Source: an uncultured Candidatus Saccharibacteria bacterium (lineage in GTDB: Bacteria > Patescibacteriota > Minisyncoccia > UBA6257 > 2-01-FULL-56-20). From it: a DNA stretch of 63,682 nt. The notes beneath the pieces were generated by a model, which saw nothing but the letters and a program-made list of their open reading frames with translations, had not been told where the DNA came from and searched no databases. This document shows, one piece after another, positions 18,031 through 27,716 of this stretch; within the stretch, counting starts at the first letter, position 1; every line of letters starts with the position of its first letter. Where the stretch lies: assembly GCA_964442965.1 (NCBI GenBank), contig CAYUBE010000002.1, forward strand, positions 1 through 63,682, in the 5' to 3' direction. The position numbers were made by a program, and so were the translations under genes.

Positions 18031-18199
18031 CCTCGGGGTGAGATTTTCAGAAACCCGCCTTGGTTCGCAAAATCCAATTCGCTCATAACGAGAAAATGCC
18101 ACCTACCTCGGAAACTCGGGGGTTCCCGGCGTCTTCTCTATGTTGCTCGTGGATTTTTAGCTCACCCCCGCTTAGGTTTCTGAAAATGTTACCCCTCGG
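18031..18199. mobile_element. MITE-like 169-bp element with 25-bp terminal inverted repeats
   Basis: Left end CCTCGGGGTGAGATTTTCAGAAACC (18031-18055) against the reverse complement of GGTTTCTGAAAATGTTACCCCTCGG (18175-18199): 21/25 match. No credible ORF inside. Sits in the normally tight secY-adk junction. Confidence 0.55.
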
Positions 18200-18344
18200 C
18201 TTAGTTTAAGAATTCACTCCGCACCGACATTAGGTGTGTATTTGCGAGATAGGTATCTCGCTGCACATCCAGAGATAAAAGAATAAGGATTCTCGGTGAC
18301 AGTTTTTGCAAAAATATTTCTGCAGTGTTAAGATAAAGTCCTTC

Positions 18345-18926
18345 ATGGATTTCGACGCAATTATTTTTATCGGGCCGCAGGGTTCGGGAAAGGGAACCCA
18401 GGCAAAATTTTTTTCCGAGAAACTCGGTTTTTTTTATTTCGGCATGGGAGCGATGCTCCGCGAAATGGCGACGCATGATAATGAGCTAGGAAAAAAAATA
18501 AAGGAAATCATCGACCAGGGGAAACTGCTTGATGATGCGATGATTTTTGAGATCGTCGAGAAAAGATTCGCGGCCATCCAGCAAACCGAAGGAGTTATTT
18601 TCGATGGTCTTCCCCGTCGCGTGGCGCAGGCTGAGCATCTTATGAATTTTTTGAAATCGGGCCATCGGGATAGGGTAGCGACCGTTTACCTTTCGATTCC
18701 CCATGACGAATCGGTGAACCGCCTCGTAAAACGGGCGGAAATCGAGGGACGGAAGGACGATACGCGGGAACGCATCGAATTTCGGCTCGATCAGTATGAA
18801 CATGAAACGGTTCCGGTTCTTGATTATCTGAAAAAAACGACGCAATTTTTTGAGATCGACGGTACGCCGCCGCCCGATGGCGTGACGGGCGAAATAGCGA
18901 AAGTCCTTGGCATTTCTCTTTTTTGA
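18345..18926 (+). CDS. adk: adenylate kinase (short, no zinc lid)
   Basis: P-loop GPQGSGKGTQA. DGLPRRVAQAE, GRKDDTRE. ATG 18345 preferred. Confidence 0.9.
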   Translation: MDFDAIIFIGPQGSGKGTQAKFFSEKLGFFYFGMGAMLREMATHDNELGKKIKEIIDQGKLLDDAMIFEIVEKRFAAIQQTEGVIFDGLPRRVAQAEHLMNFLKSGHRDRVATVYLSIPHDESVNRLVKRAEIEGRKDDTRERIEFRLDQYEHETVPVLDYLKKTTQFFEIDGTPPPDGVTGEIAKVLGISLF

Positions 18927-18929
18927 AAA

Positions 18930-19508
18930 ATGAAAAAAAGAAAACCATTCAATCTCATTTTGCTTGGCGATCCGGCGGCCGGAAAGGCGACGCAGGCGGC
19001 ATGGATTACGAAGAAATATCACATGTTCGACCTCGATATGGGACGCGAGTTGCGTCGTCCGGAGGTAAAAAGAAGGTTTGATTACTTGCATTCGACCGCC
19101 AAAGGTAATCTTGCGCCAACGAAGATCGTCCGGAATATTTTTCGCGATACGATAGGAAGAGTTCCAATTGCAAAAGGTATCGTTTTTGACGGAGCTCCAA
19201 AGATGGTGGGTGAAGCGCGACTGGTGGCCGCTCAGCTCAGGCAGGAGAAACGCGCACGTCCGCTCGTCATCTATCTCCATGTTCCCGTCGAGGAGGCTTT
19301 TCGGCGCATGACAAAGAGGGGCCGCAAGGATGACACGAGGGCTGCGCTCGCAAAGCGGATTGTGTATTATCGGAATGACGTTGCGAAGACCGTTTCGTTT
19401 TTTAAAACAATTTACACATTCAAGAAAGTGTCTGGTCTTGGTACGCCGGACGACGTCGCGAAAAGAATAGAAAAAGAAATAGAGAGATTCACGAATCATA
19501 ATTCGTGA
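18930..19508 (+). CDS. adenylate-kinase-family nucleoside monophosphate kinase, paralogue
   Basis: P-loop GDPAAGKATQA, FDGAPKMVGEA, GRKDDTRA. Same length and architecture as the preceding adk. Confidence 0.8.
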   Translation: MKKRKPFNLILLGDPAAGKATQAAWITKKYHMFDLDMGRELRRPEVKRRFDYLHSTAKGNLAPTKIVRNIFRDTIGRVPIAKGIVFDGAPKMVGEARLVAAQLRQEKRARPLVIYLHVPVEEAFRRMTKRGRKDDTRAALAKRIVYYRNDVAKTVSFFKTIYTFKKVSGLGTPDDVAKRIEKEIERFTNHNS

Positions 19509-19528
19509 ATCATGATTCAACAACGAAA

Positions 19529-20290
19529 ATGATTTACCTTAAATCATCCGAAGAGATCGAGATCATGGCGGAGGGCGGTCGGCGCCTTGCCGCGGTTTTG
19601 CGCAAGCTTGAGGCGGCGGTCCACGCTGGTATGACGACCCAGGAGGTTGATCAGATGGCATATGAACTCATTACGAGTACCGGCGACCGACCGTCGTTTT
19701 TGAATTATCGTCCGGAAGGCGCAACTAAACCGTATCCCGCGACGATTTGTATTTCGTTAAACGATGTTGTAGTGCATGGAACCCCGTCGGCACGCGGCAT
19801 CATTAAAGAAGGCGACCTCGTAAAACTTGATCTCGGCCTGATCCATAAGGGATTTCATGTTGATGCCGCGCGCACGGTTGCGGTGGGAAAGATACCGCCG
19901 GAGGAGAAACGGCTTATGGAGGTTACGCGCAGGGCGCTTGCTGCGGGAATCAAAGAAGCGAAGCCGGGAAATACGCTTGGCGACATAGGTTTCGCAATTC
20001 AGAATACCGTTCAAAAAGCAGGATTTTCGGTTGCCGATGGGCTTACGGGACACGGTATAGGAAAATCACTTCACGAGGAACCTGCGGTTTTCAATTTTGG
20101 GCGGCGCGGGAAAGGGGAAAACATCGAGGAAGGGATGGTGATCGCCATTGAACCCATGGTGAATATCGGCGGCGGCAGTATCAAACAGTTGAGTGACGAC
20201 AGCTACGCCACGCGAGACGGTTCGCTCTCGGCGCATTTCGAGAACACGGTGGCGATCATGAAAAAAGGCCCGAGAGTATTAACGGAATAG
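19529..20290 (+). CDS. map: type I methionine aminopeptidase
   Basis: VVHGTP, DLGLIHKGFHVDAART, GHGIGKSLHEEP, IEPM metal ligand motifs. Start at 19529 or 19505. Confidence 0.92.
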   Translation: MIYLKSSEEIEIMAEGGRRLAAVLRKLEAAVHAGMTTQEVDQMAYELITSTGDRPSFLNYRPEGATKPYPATICISLNDVVVHGTPSARGIIKEGDLVKLDLGLIHKGFHVDAARTVAVGKIPPEEKRLMEVTRRALAAGIKEAKPGNTLGDIGFAIQNTVQKAGFSVADGLTGHGIGKSLHEEPAVFNFGRRGKGENIEEGMVIAIEPMVNIGGGSIKQLSDDSYATRDGSLSAHFENTVAIMKKGPRVLTE

Positions 20291-20346
20291 AATCCATGAT
20301 TCTCGATTTACGAATCATGAATCTCTTCGTGCTATAATCAATCCAT

Positions 20347-21087
20347 ATGTATCTTTCGATCATTATTCCCGCATATAACGAAGCAGAGCGGATACCGAAA
20401 ACCCTCCTTGCTATGGATGCGTACCTCAGCAAGGTCAACTATCCCTACGAAATCATCGTGGTGAATGATGGCTCGCGGGACAATACCGCGGAGGTGGTGG
20501 CAAATACAGCGAAGATCGTCAAAAATCTGAAACTGATCGACGTTAAGAAAAATCGCGGCAAGGGCGCCGTGGTGCGTGATGGTATGCTTGCCGCGAAAGG
20601 AGACATCCGGCTCTTTATGGACGCCGACAACTCGACGTCGGTTGATCAGGTTGAACATATGTTGCCTTTCTTTAGAGAAGGATACGAAGTAGTTTTTGGT
20701 TCCCGTGCCGTAAAGGGTGCAAGGCTCGAACCCCCGGAACCGCTGTATCGTCAGCTTATCGGGAAGACGTTGAATCTTCTCGTGCAGGTGTTGTTATTGC
20801 CGGGCCTTTGGGACACGCAGTGCGGATTTAAGGCATATACCGCAGAAGCAGCCGAAAAGATATTCGGCGTTTCAAGGATCGTGACCTGGGGATTCGACGT
20901 GGAAACGCTGGCCCTTGCCAAGAAATTTGACTGCAGAATCAAGGAAATACCGGTCCGTTGGGTGAACGATGTGCGGTCCACGGTCAGGTTTTCGGGGGGC
21001 TTGCAATTTTTAAAGGATATCGCTAGAATTCGCTGGTGGCTTTGGACGGGTGCCTATACGACGCTCGTTACGGAAGTATTCCATTAA
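20347..21087 (+). CDS. family 2 glycosyltransferase (polyprenol-phosphate glycosyltransferase-like)
   Basis: LSIIIPAYNEAERI...IIVVNDGSRDNT, DADNS motif. Confidence 0.85.
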   Translation: MYLSIIIPAYNEAERIPKTLLAMDAYLSKVNYPYEIIVVNDGSRDNTAEVVANTAKIVKNLKLIDVKKNRGKGAVVRDGMLAAKGDIRLFMDADNSTSVDQVEHMLPFFREGYEVVFGSRAVKGARLEPPEPLYRQLIGKTLNLLVQVLLLPGLWDTQCGFKAYTAEAAEKIFGVSRIVTWGFDVETLALAKKFDCRIKEIPVRWVNDVRSTVRFSGGLQFLKDIARIRWWLWTGAYTTLVTEVFH

Positions 21088-21216
21088 TTAACCGAACAGT
21101 TTTCGTCACTCCGACATTTTGCTAAAGAACTTATGTATTCTTGATCCCCGCCAGAGGCGAGGCTCGCCAACGTACAGGCAGGGAAGATCGTAGGGGTAGG
21201 AAATATTTATATCAAC

Positions 21217-21678
21217 ATGGCAGGAAAACAATATCTTTCAAAAGAACGCTTCGACGAGCTTACGGCTGAGCTCGCGGAGTTGAAGACTGCGAAACGCATC
21301 GAGATCGCCCAGCGTTTGAAGACCGCGAAGGAATATGGCGACCTTTCCGAAAATTCGGAGTATGCCGAGGCGCGCGAAGAGCAGGCGTCGGTTGAAACAC
21401 GCATTGCCGAACTCGAAGACCTTCTAAAAAATATGGAGATTGTGACGAAGACAAAGGGAAGCGACACGGTCCGAGTCGGTTCGACTATTACGGTAAAAAA
21501 AGCAGGAAAGGAAATGGCATACAGTATTGTAGGTTCATATGATGCCGATCCTCTGGCTGGCAAGGTTTCTGACGAATCGCCGCTCGGCAAGGCGTTCATA
21601 GGGAAGAAGGTTGGCGACAAGGTCAATGTTGAAGCTCCTGCGGGCAAGGTGACATACGAGATCCTCAAGATAGAATAA
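21217..21678 (+). CDS. greA: transcription elongation factor GreA
   Basis: AKEYGDLSENSEYAEAREEQ coiled-coil motif, 153 aa. Confidence 0.92.
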   Translation: MAGKQYLSKERFDELTAELAELKTAKRIEIAQRLKTAKEYGDLSENSEYAEAREEQASVETRIAELEDLLKNMEIVTKTKGSDTVRVGSTITVKKAGKEMAYSIVGSYDADPLAGKVSDESPLGKAFIGKKVGDKVNVEAPAGKVTYEILKIE

Positions 21679-21726
21679 GATAGTATCTATCTCAAAGTAG
21701 CCATCCGGCTGTCGGCCCGTCTTTTT

Positions 21727-21754
21727 ATCGGCTCATTCGGTAGAATGAGCCGAT
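21727..21754 (+). terminator. GGCTCATTC-family hairpin
   Basis: ATCGGCTCATTC-GGTA-GAATGAGCCGAT, 12-bp stem. Related copies at 49720-49745 and, inverted, at 53579-53608. Confidence 0.6.
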
Positions 21755-21803
21755 ATGGGCACGTTGTCTTTTCGGGAGCGCCGCGTCGTGATATTATTGA
21801 GGC

Positions 21804-23255
21804 ATGTTGGAAGACATTATCAAAGAACGGCGTAAAAAACTCGACGTGATACGGGCAGCAGGGATCAATCCGTATCCGCCACGCGTAGAGAGATCGTTTG
21901 ACATCTCGCACGCATTGGAACATTTTGATGAGATCTCGGCGTCAGGAAAAAAGATATCGCTTGCCGGCCGGCTCAAAAGTTTGCGTGATCAGGGCAAGAT
22001 CATTTTTGTCGATGTTGCGGATGAAACGGGGAAGGTGCAGTTAGTTTTGAAAGAAGAAAACCTGAAAAATTTCGATTTTTGGCGCGATGTTCTTGATCTG
22101 GGAGATTTTGTCTCGACGACCGGATCGCTTTTCACGACCAAGCGTGGCGAAAAGAGTTTGGAAGTCACAGAGCTTACGATGGCAGCGAAAAGCCTTTTGC
22201 CGCTTCCGGATAAATGGGCCGGACTTGAAGACGAAGATATCCGTTTACGAAAACGTTATCTGGATCTTGTGATGACCGAGGAACTTCGGGAGCTTTTTAG
22301 AAAAAAGATGATTTTTTGGGCTACGTTCCGCGATACACTAAAGAAAGAAGGGTTTCTTGAAGTTGAGCTGCCGGTTATGGAAAATGTGCCGGGCGGTGCG
22401 GAAGCGGAACCGTTCAAGACGCATCACAATGCGCTCGACACGGATTTTTATCTGCGTATTTCGCTTGAGCTGCCGCTCAAGAAATTATTGGTCGGCGGTT
22501 TCGATAAGGTATTTGAAATCGGCAGGATCTTTCGCAACGAAGGCATCGACCGAGAGCACCTCCAGGACTATACCCAGCTTGAATTCTATTGGGCGTATCA
22601 TGATTATAACGACGTGATGGAACTTACCGAAAAAATATATAAAGAGGTTATTTTAAAAACATGCGGCGGCATGGCGACCATGCGTGACGGCAAAACGGTT
22701 GACTGGTCAAAGAAATGGGAGAAGATTGATTACGTTAAAGCCTTCAAGGAAGAGAATCAAGGATTGGATCCTGTATTGGCGTCGTGCGATGAGCTTTTTG
22801 TGCGCACCAAGGAATTGGAACTCAAACCGGAAAAGACCGCGGGCCGCGGCCGATTGATCGATCTCATTTTTAAGAAAACCGTGCGGGGAAAATTGATCGA
22901 GCCGTGCTTTTTGGTGGATCCGCCGGTGGCGATCGAGCCTCTCGCAAAGCGGAAACCGGAAAATCCGGAGGTTGTCGAACGGTTCCAGATCGTTGCGTGC
23001 GGCACGGAGCTTGGTAAAGGATTTTCAGAACTGAACGATCCGTTAGATCAACTCGCGCGTTTCGAAGAGCAAATGAAACTTCGCGAAGCGGGAGACGTCG
23101 AAGCACAGTACCTTGATGAGGATTTTATTGAAGCACTTGAATATGGTATGCCTCCTGCCGGTGGATTCGGCGTTTCGGAACGCCTTTTTGCCGTCCTTAT
23201 GGATCGCCCCATCAGAGAGACCGTGTTTTTCCCACTGATGAGACCTAAGAAATAG
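21804..23255 (+). CDS. lysS: lysine--tRNA ligase (class II)
   Basis: 483 aa. OB-fold N-terminus, class II motifs (FRNEGID, GFGVSERL). Confidence 0.93.
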   Translation: MLEDIIKERRKKLDVIRAAGINPYPPRVERSFDISHALEHFDEISASGKKISLAGRLKSLRDQGKIIFVDVADETGKVQLVLKEENLKNFDFWRDVLDLGDFVSTTGSLFTTKRGEKSLEVTELTMAAKSLLPLPDKWAGLEDEDIRLRKRYLDLVMTEELRELFRKKMIFWATFRDTLKKEGFLEVELPVMENVPGGAEAEPFKTHHNALDTDFYLRISLELPLKKLLVGGFDKVFEIGRIFRNEGIDREHLQDYTQLEFYWAYHDYNDVMELTEKIYKEVILKTCGGMATMRDGKTVDWSKKWEKIDYVKAFKEENQGLDPVLASCDELFVRTKELELKPEKTAGRGRLIDLIFKKTVRGKLIEPCFLVDPPVAIEPLAKRKPENPEVVERFQIVACGTELGKGFSELNDPLDQLARFEEQMKLREAGDVEAQYLDEDFIEALEYGMPPAGGFGVSERLFAVLMDRPIRETVFFPLMRPKK

Positions 23256-23568
23256 GATCGGAGTTCGGCTCCGAACATTTCGATTAAAAATTCATTAAAT
23301 CGGATTTGACTTCTATTTTAGGGAAGTTATCATTCTAGCGAGGCAGTGGTCTGCATGATTGCGGGCTAAAATTTGTTGCTTGTCACATAAAACGACCATC
23401 AAAGAAGTGGCCGTTTTATGTTGGCTATTTTTTAGATTTTTTTAATCATGTTTTTATTACGATGTTTTAGTGCCGTGAACATGAGCTCGTAATTTATGCA
23501 GTTAAAATATTGCCTTTGACAAGCAACAAACCGAGTGCAAGTCTCGGCGGGTCCACGGCACGCCAGAA

Positions 23569-24207
23569 TCAATTAAAAATATTCTTTTTACCGCTTCCGA
23601 TGATTCTTTTACTTTTACCATCAATCAGTATGGCTTGTTTATCGGTCAGGGCGATAACTTGATATTTTGTATCATGAGCGGCTTTTTCAATCGTGAGGCG
23701 CAGTTCTTTTTTGAAATGAGCCGTTATCAAAAAAGGAACAAAATTCAGTCCGTCCAGGTTTTTAAGCCCAACGACGTTTCTGTCGGGGTGTTTCCACGAA
23801 GCAGCCTCAATAGTGGGGCAGGCAACATAACTGCCAGCACTCAATCCGAGATATATCCCTCCTTTTTTAACGAAGCTTTTTATTATCTTATCAAGACCTG
23901 TTTTTCTGATCCTGTATAAATAATCGAAGGTGTTTCCTCCAAAGACAAAGATGACATTGATATTTTTTAGTTCGCTTCGTTTGATATTTCTGTCTAGCTG
24001 AAAGAATGTGACGTTCTGTCTTGGTATGTTGACTTTCTTGAACTGTCTGAATTGTCTCGAAATATATTTGTCTCGTTCAATGTTTTCGGTCGGAGTCGTG
24101 ACTAAAAGTATTTTTATTTCGGACGGTTTTTTATGAACGAGTTTCAAAAATTCCTTTCCTATCTCGGGATTTTTCCACCAGCCGGCAGACGTAAGCAATA
24201 ATTTCAT
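23569..24207 (-). CDS. peptidase S51 / dipeptidase E-like protein
   Basis: GGNTFDYL...GLSAGSYV nucleophile-elbow pattern. Noticeably AT-richer than its neighbours. Confidence 0.7.
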   Translation of the reverse strand: MKLLLTSAGWWKNPEIGKEFLKLVHKKPSEIKILLVTTPTENIERDKYISRQFRQFKKVNIPRQNVTFFQLDRNIKRSELKNINVIFVFGGNTFDYLYRIRKTGLDKIIKSFVKKGGIYLGLSAGSYVACPTIEAASWKHPDRNVVGLKNLDGLNFVPFLITAHFKKELRLTIEKAAHDTKYQVIALTDKQAILIDGKSKRIIGSGKKNIFN

Positions 24208-24217
24208 ATAAAAGGTA

Positions 24218-27200
24218 TTACTCTAGCCTTTTTGCTTTTTCACAGATCATTTTCATCTCGCCGTCGCGCTCGGACATCTTGCCTTCCACGATGACTGGCG
24301 CATTCTCGGTCCAGACCGATGCGGTCTTTTCGAGAACACTATTGAAGATGACGACTTCGAGGTTTTGTTGGGCGAGGTCTTCGATGGTGGCAAAGATCAT
24401 CGGCTGGCCGTTCTTCGTGATGATCTTTCGCATTTTGGTGACGATGCCGGCGGTGCGCATCATGGCAGGACTGTCCTTTTTGGCCGCCATGAGTTCCGAG
24501 ATCGGTTTCGCCTTATAATAGGCAATTGACTGCGCGTGAGCCTTCAGGGGATGATCGGATAGATAGAACCCGATAAGTTCTTTTTCCCAAGTGAGTTTCT
24601 CGGTTGGTGTTGCCGGCGTTGCAGGTTTCAATTTCAGCGTCGCCGCAGGAATGGTATCGCCAAAGAGTGAGGCTGTCCGGTCATTACTGCCTTTTTTCAT
24701 AGCGTTTGCGAACTTCAGAATATCGTCAATATTCGCGAGCGCTTGATTGCGTTCAATGCCCAAGGAATCAAACGCGCCGCTTTTTGTCAGACTCTCAAGA
24801 GATTTTTTATTGAGATCTTTATGCTGGATGCGCGTGAGAAATTCCTCGAAATTCTTGAATGGTCCGCCACGCGCGCGTTCCTCGATGATCGCCTTCGTGA
24901 CCTCGGAACCCACATTCTTGATGGCGAGCAAACCGAACCGGATCTGAGGGCCTTCCGGTGCGAAGGTGACAAAACTTTTATTCACGTCTGGCGGGAGGAT
25001 ATTGATGCCGGATTGTTTCGCTTCTTGGATGAGGAACGAAATTCGTTCGATATCATTGAGTTCGGAATCGAGGAGCGCAGCCATGAATTCCTCCGGATAG
25101 TGCGCCTTGAGATATGCCGTTTGATAACCGATCAGGGCATAACACGCGGCGTGTGATTTGTTGAAACCGTACCGCGCGAATGAGGGGAACATCTCCCAGA
25201 TTTGTTTTGCGACCCGTTCCGGGATGCCGTTTTTTGCCATGCCGTCCATGAGCTTGGTTTCCTGCTCGTCAAGGAGCGATTTTATTTTTTTCCCGATGGC
25301 CTTGCGCAAGGTGTCCGCCTCAGGCAACGTGTAGCCGCCAAGGTCGCGGGCAATTTGCATCATTTGCTCCTGGTAAACGCCGACGCCATAGGTGTTTTTA
25401 AGAATCGGTTCGAGTTTTGGGTGGAGGTAGGTAATGCGTTCTTTGCCGTGCTTGCGGTTGATGAAGCGCGGCACCTCGCCCGCTTCGAGCGGTCCCGGAC
25501 GATAGAGCGCGACCATGGCGATAATATCCTCAAGGACGGTCGGCTTGAGATCTTTCATGTAGCGGCGCATGCCGGACGACTCGAATTGGAAGACGCCCGT
25601 GGTATCGCCGCGCTGGAGGAGTTCATATGTTTTTTTGTCGTCCAGGGGAACGGAGTCTATATTGATAGCCTCACCGTGAAGTTCGCGAATGAGGCGGATT
25701 GTTTCCTCGATGATGGTCAGATTACGGAGGCCGAGGAAGTCGATTTTGAGAAGACCGAGATCTTCCACGGCATGCATTTCGAATTGCGTGATAATGATGT
25801 TCTTATCCTGTGGTGCGAATTGCAGAGGTACCCGGTCGATGAGTTTATCTTTTGCAATCACGGTGCCGCAGGCGTGGACCGAAGCGTGCCGCGCCACACC
25901 TTCAAGATGTCGCGCGGTGTCGATCAATTTTTTCGCGTCGGCATTCGCGTCGTAAAGTGCTTTCAGCTCGGCAACGTTCTTCAAGCATTCATCGAGCCAC
26001 CCTTCCTTCATGCCCTGCGTCGGATTGAAGGGGATGAGCTTCGCGATCTGGTCGCAGAAGGCGTACGAATACCCCATGGCGCGGCCGGCGTCGCGGAGCG
26101 CGGCGCGTGCAGCCATCGTTCCAAACGTAATGATTCGCGCCACGCGGTCCTCGCCGTATTTTTCCCGCGCGTAGGCAAGTACCTCGTCACGGCGCACGTC
26201 GGAAAAGTCGATGTCGATATCGGGCATTGAAATACGTTCCGGGTTGAGAAAGCGCTCAAAAAGCAAGTTATACGTCAGGGGATTGATGTTCGTAATATCG
26301 AGGACGTATGAAACCAAGCTGCCCGCCGCCGAGCCGCGGCCGGGACCGACCGCAATGCCGTGTAGCTTCGCCCAATGAATAAGATCTTGCACGATAAGGA
26401 AATAATCGGCGAAGCCGGTCTTTTCGATGACACCGAGTTCATACTCGAGCCGCTCTTTTACTTCTTGGGTTTGTGCTTCGGGAGAAAATTTTTTCGGCAG
26501 AAGTTCCATCGTCAGCTCGCGCATATAGGCATTCGCCGTTTTGCCGTCCGGCTTCGGAAATTCCGGCAGGAGATACGTGCCCTTCCCGTAGGGCGGAATG
26601 AGTTCGAGTTCGACGTTACAGCGCGCAGCGATCTCCGCGGTTCGTTCCATGGCGCCCGGAATATGCCCCAGTTTTTCCATCATCGCTTCCGGCGAAAGCA
26701 CAGAGAAGTCATCCTCCTTCATGCTCATGCGGTCGTCATCCGACAGCTGGTTGCCGGTTTGTACGGCAAGCAGGACGTCGTGGTATTCGGCATCCTGAGA
26801 GTCGATATAGTGGCTATCCTGGGTTGCCACGAGCGGAATGCCAGTTTCCTCGGAAAGCCTCACGAGATCAGATTCTATTTTTTCTGAATCGGGGATATGC
26901 GGATGTTTTTGAATTTCAAGAAAATAATTTCCTTTGCCGAAGATATCTTCGTATTCCGCGGCGATCTTTTTTGCGTCATCGAAGCGCCCGGCGAGGAGTG
27001 CCTGGCCGATTTCACCGCCAAGGCACGCCGAGAGAGCGATAACGCCCTCGTGGTTCTCTCGTAAAAGATCTTTATCGACGCGCGGACGATAGTAGAACCC
27101 CTCAAGGTGTGCCTTCGTTACCAGTTTCACGATATTCTTCCAGCCGGTGTTGTTCTCGGCAAGCAGGATCAGATGGTAGTAACGTTCGTTGCCTTCTTTT

Positions 27201-27430
27201 GAAAATCGGTCGCGCGGTGCGACATAGGTTTCGACGCCAAGGATCGGTTTGATGCCCGCCTTTTTCGCGATTTTATAAAATTCGACCGCGCCGTAGAGTA
27301 CGCCGTGGTCGGTCAGTGCGACGGAGTCCATGCCGAGCTTTTTTGTTCGGGCGACGAGTTCGGGAATCTTAGCGAGGCCGTCAAGCAGGGAGTAGTGCGA
27401 GTGGACGTGGAGATGGGTGAATTGAGGCAT
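24218..27430 (-). CDS. dnaE: DNA polymerase III alpha subunit
   Basis: PHP domain FTHLHVHSHYSLLDG, DIDIDF, polymerase core and OB fold. Start taken at MPQFTHL (27430). Confidence 0.95.
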   Translation of the reverse strand: MPQFTHLHVHSHYSLLDGLAKIPELVARTKKLGMDSVALTDHGVLYGAVEFYKIAKKAGIKPILGVETYVAPRDRFSKEGNERYYHLILLAENNTGWKNIVKLVTKAHLEGFYYRPRVDKDLLRENHEGVIALSACLGGEIGQALLAGRFDDAKKIAAEYEDIFGKGNYFLEIQKHPHIPDSEKIESDLVRLSEETGIPLVATQDSHYIDSQDAEYHDVLLAVQTGNQLSDDDRMSMKEDDFSVLSPEAMMEKLGHIPGAMERTAEIAARCNVELELIPPYGKGTYLLPEFPKPDGKTANAYMRELTMELLPKKFSPEAQTQEVKERLEYELGVIEKTGFADYFLIVQDLIHWAKLHGIAVGPGRGSAAGSLVSYVLDITNINPLTYNLLFERFLNPERISMPDIDIDFSDVRRDEVLAYAREKYGEDRVARIITFGTMAARAALRDAGRAMGYSYAFCDQIAKLIPFNPTQGMKEGWLDECLKNVAELKALYDANADAKKLIDTARHLEGVARHASVHACGTVIAKDKLIDRVPLQFAPQDKNIIITQFEMHAVEDLGLLKIDFLGLRNLTIIEETIRLIRELHGEAINIDSVPLDDKKTYELLQRGDTTGVFQFESSGMRRYMKDLKPTVLEDIIAMVALYRPGPLEAGEVPRFINRKHGKERITYLHPKLEPILKNTYGVGVYQEQMMQIARDLGGYTLPEADTLRKAIGKKIKSLLDEQETKLMDGMAKNGIPERVAKQIWEMFPSFARYGFNKSHAACYALIGYQTAYLKAHYPEEFMAALLDSELNDIERISFLIQEAKQSGINILPPDVNKSFVTFAPEGPQIRFGLLAIKNVGSEVTKAIIEERARGGPFKNFEEFLTRIQHKDLNKKSLESLTKSGAFDSLGIERNQALANIDDILKFANAMKKGSNDRTASLFGDTIPAATLKLKPATPATPTEKLTWEKELIGFYLSDHPLKAHAQSIAYYKAKPISELMAAKKDSPAMMRTAGIVTKMRKIITKNGQPMIFATIEDLAQQNLEVVIFNSVLEKTASVWTENAPVIVEGKMSERDGEMKMICEKAKRLE

Positions 27431-27587
27431 GTCGATTGTTACTATCATACGCTCTCCCTCGTCTTGGCGGAAGTGCGGAGATCCGATCTCAATAAATTCA
27501 AAATAGAACAAACCCCAGTGATGGTGTAGATGAATGATTTACATATCATCCAAATTTTTATAGTATTTGAGTGCGATTTATGCCTAA

Positions 27588-27659
27588 GCCGGGGTAGCTC
27601 AATGGCAGAGCAACGCTTTTGTAAAGCGAAGACTGGAGGTTCGAGTCCTCTCCCCGGCT
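27588..27659 (+). tRNA. tRNA-Thr (anticodon UGU)
   Basis: Cloverleaf folded by hand: acceptor GCCGGGG/CCCCGGC, D arm GCTC-AATGGCA-GAGC, anticodon loop TTTGTAA, T arm GGAGG-TTCGAGT-CCTCT. No encoded CCA. Confidence 0.85.
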
Positions 27660-27716
27660 CAACCAATGGGACGATGATACCATTGTCATATACTATCTTA
27701 TGGTATACTGATCCTG

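Noticed and set aside
18486-19523. 345-aa ORF on the minus strand.
   Set aside because: It is entirely antisense to the two adenylate kinase genes, which have clear P-loop and family motifs. It has no recognisable motifs of its own. Long antisense ORFs are expected opposite genes with this composition.
25202-26230. 342-aa plus-strand ORF, and several 60-170-aa ORFs between 24279 and 27529.
   Set aside because: All lie inside and antisense to dnaE, whose product is full length with PHP and polymerase motifs.
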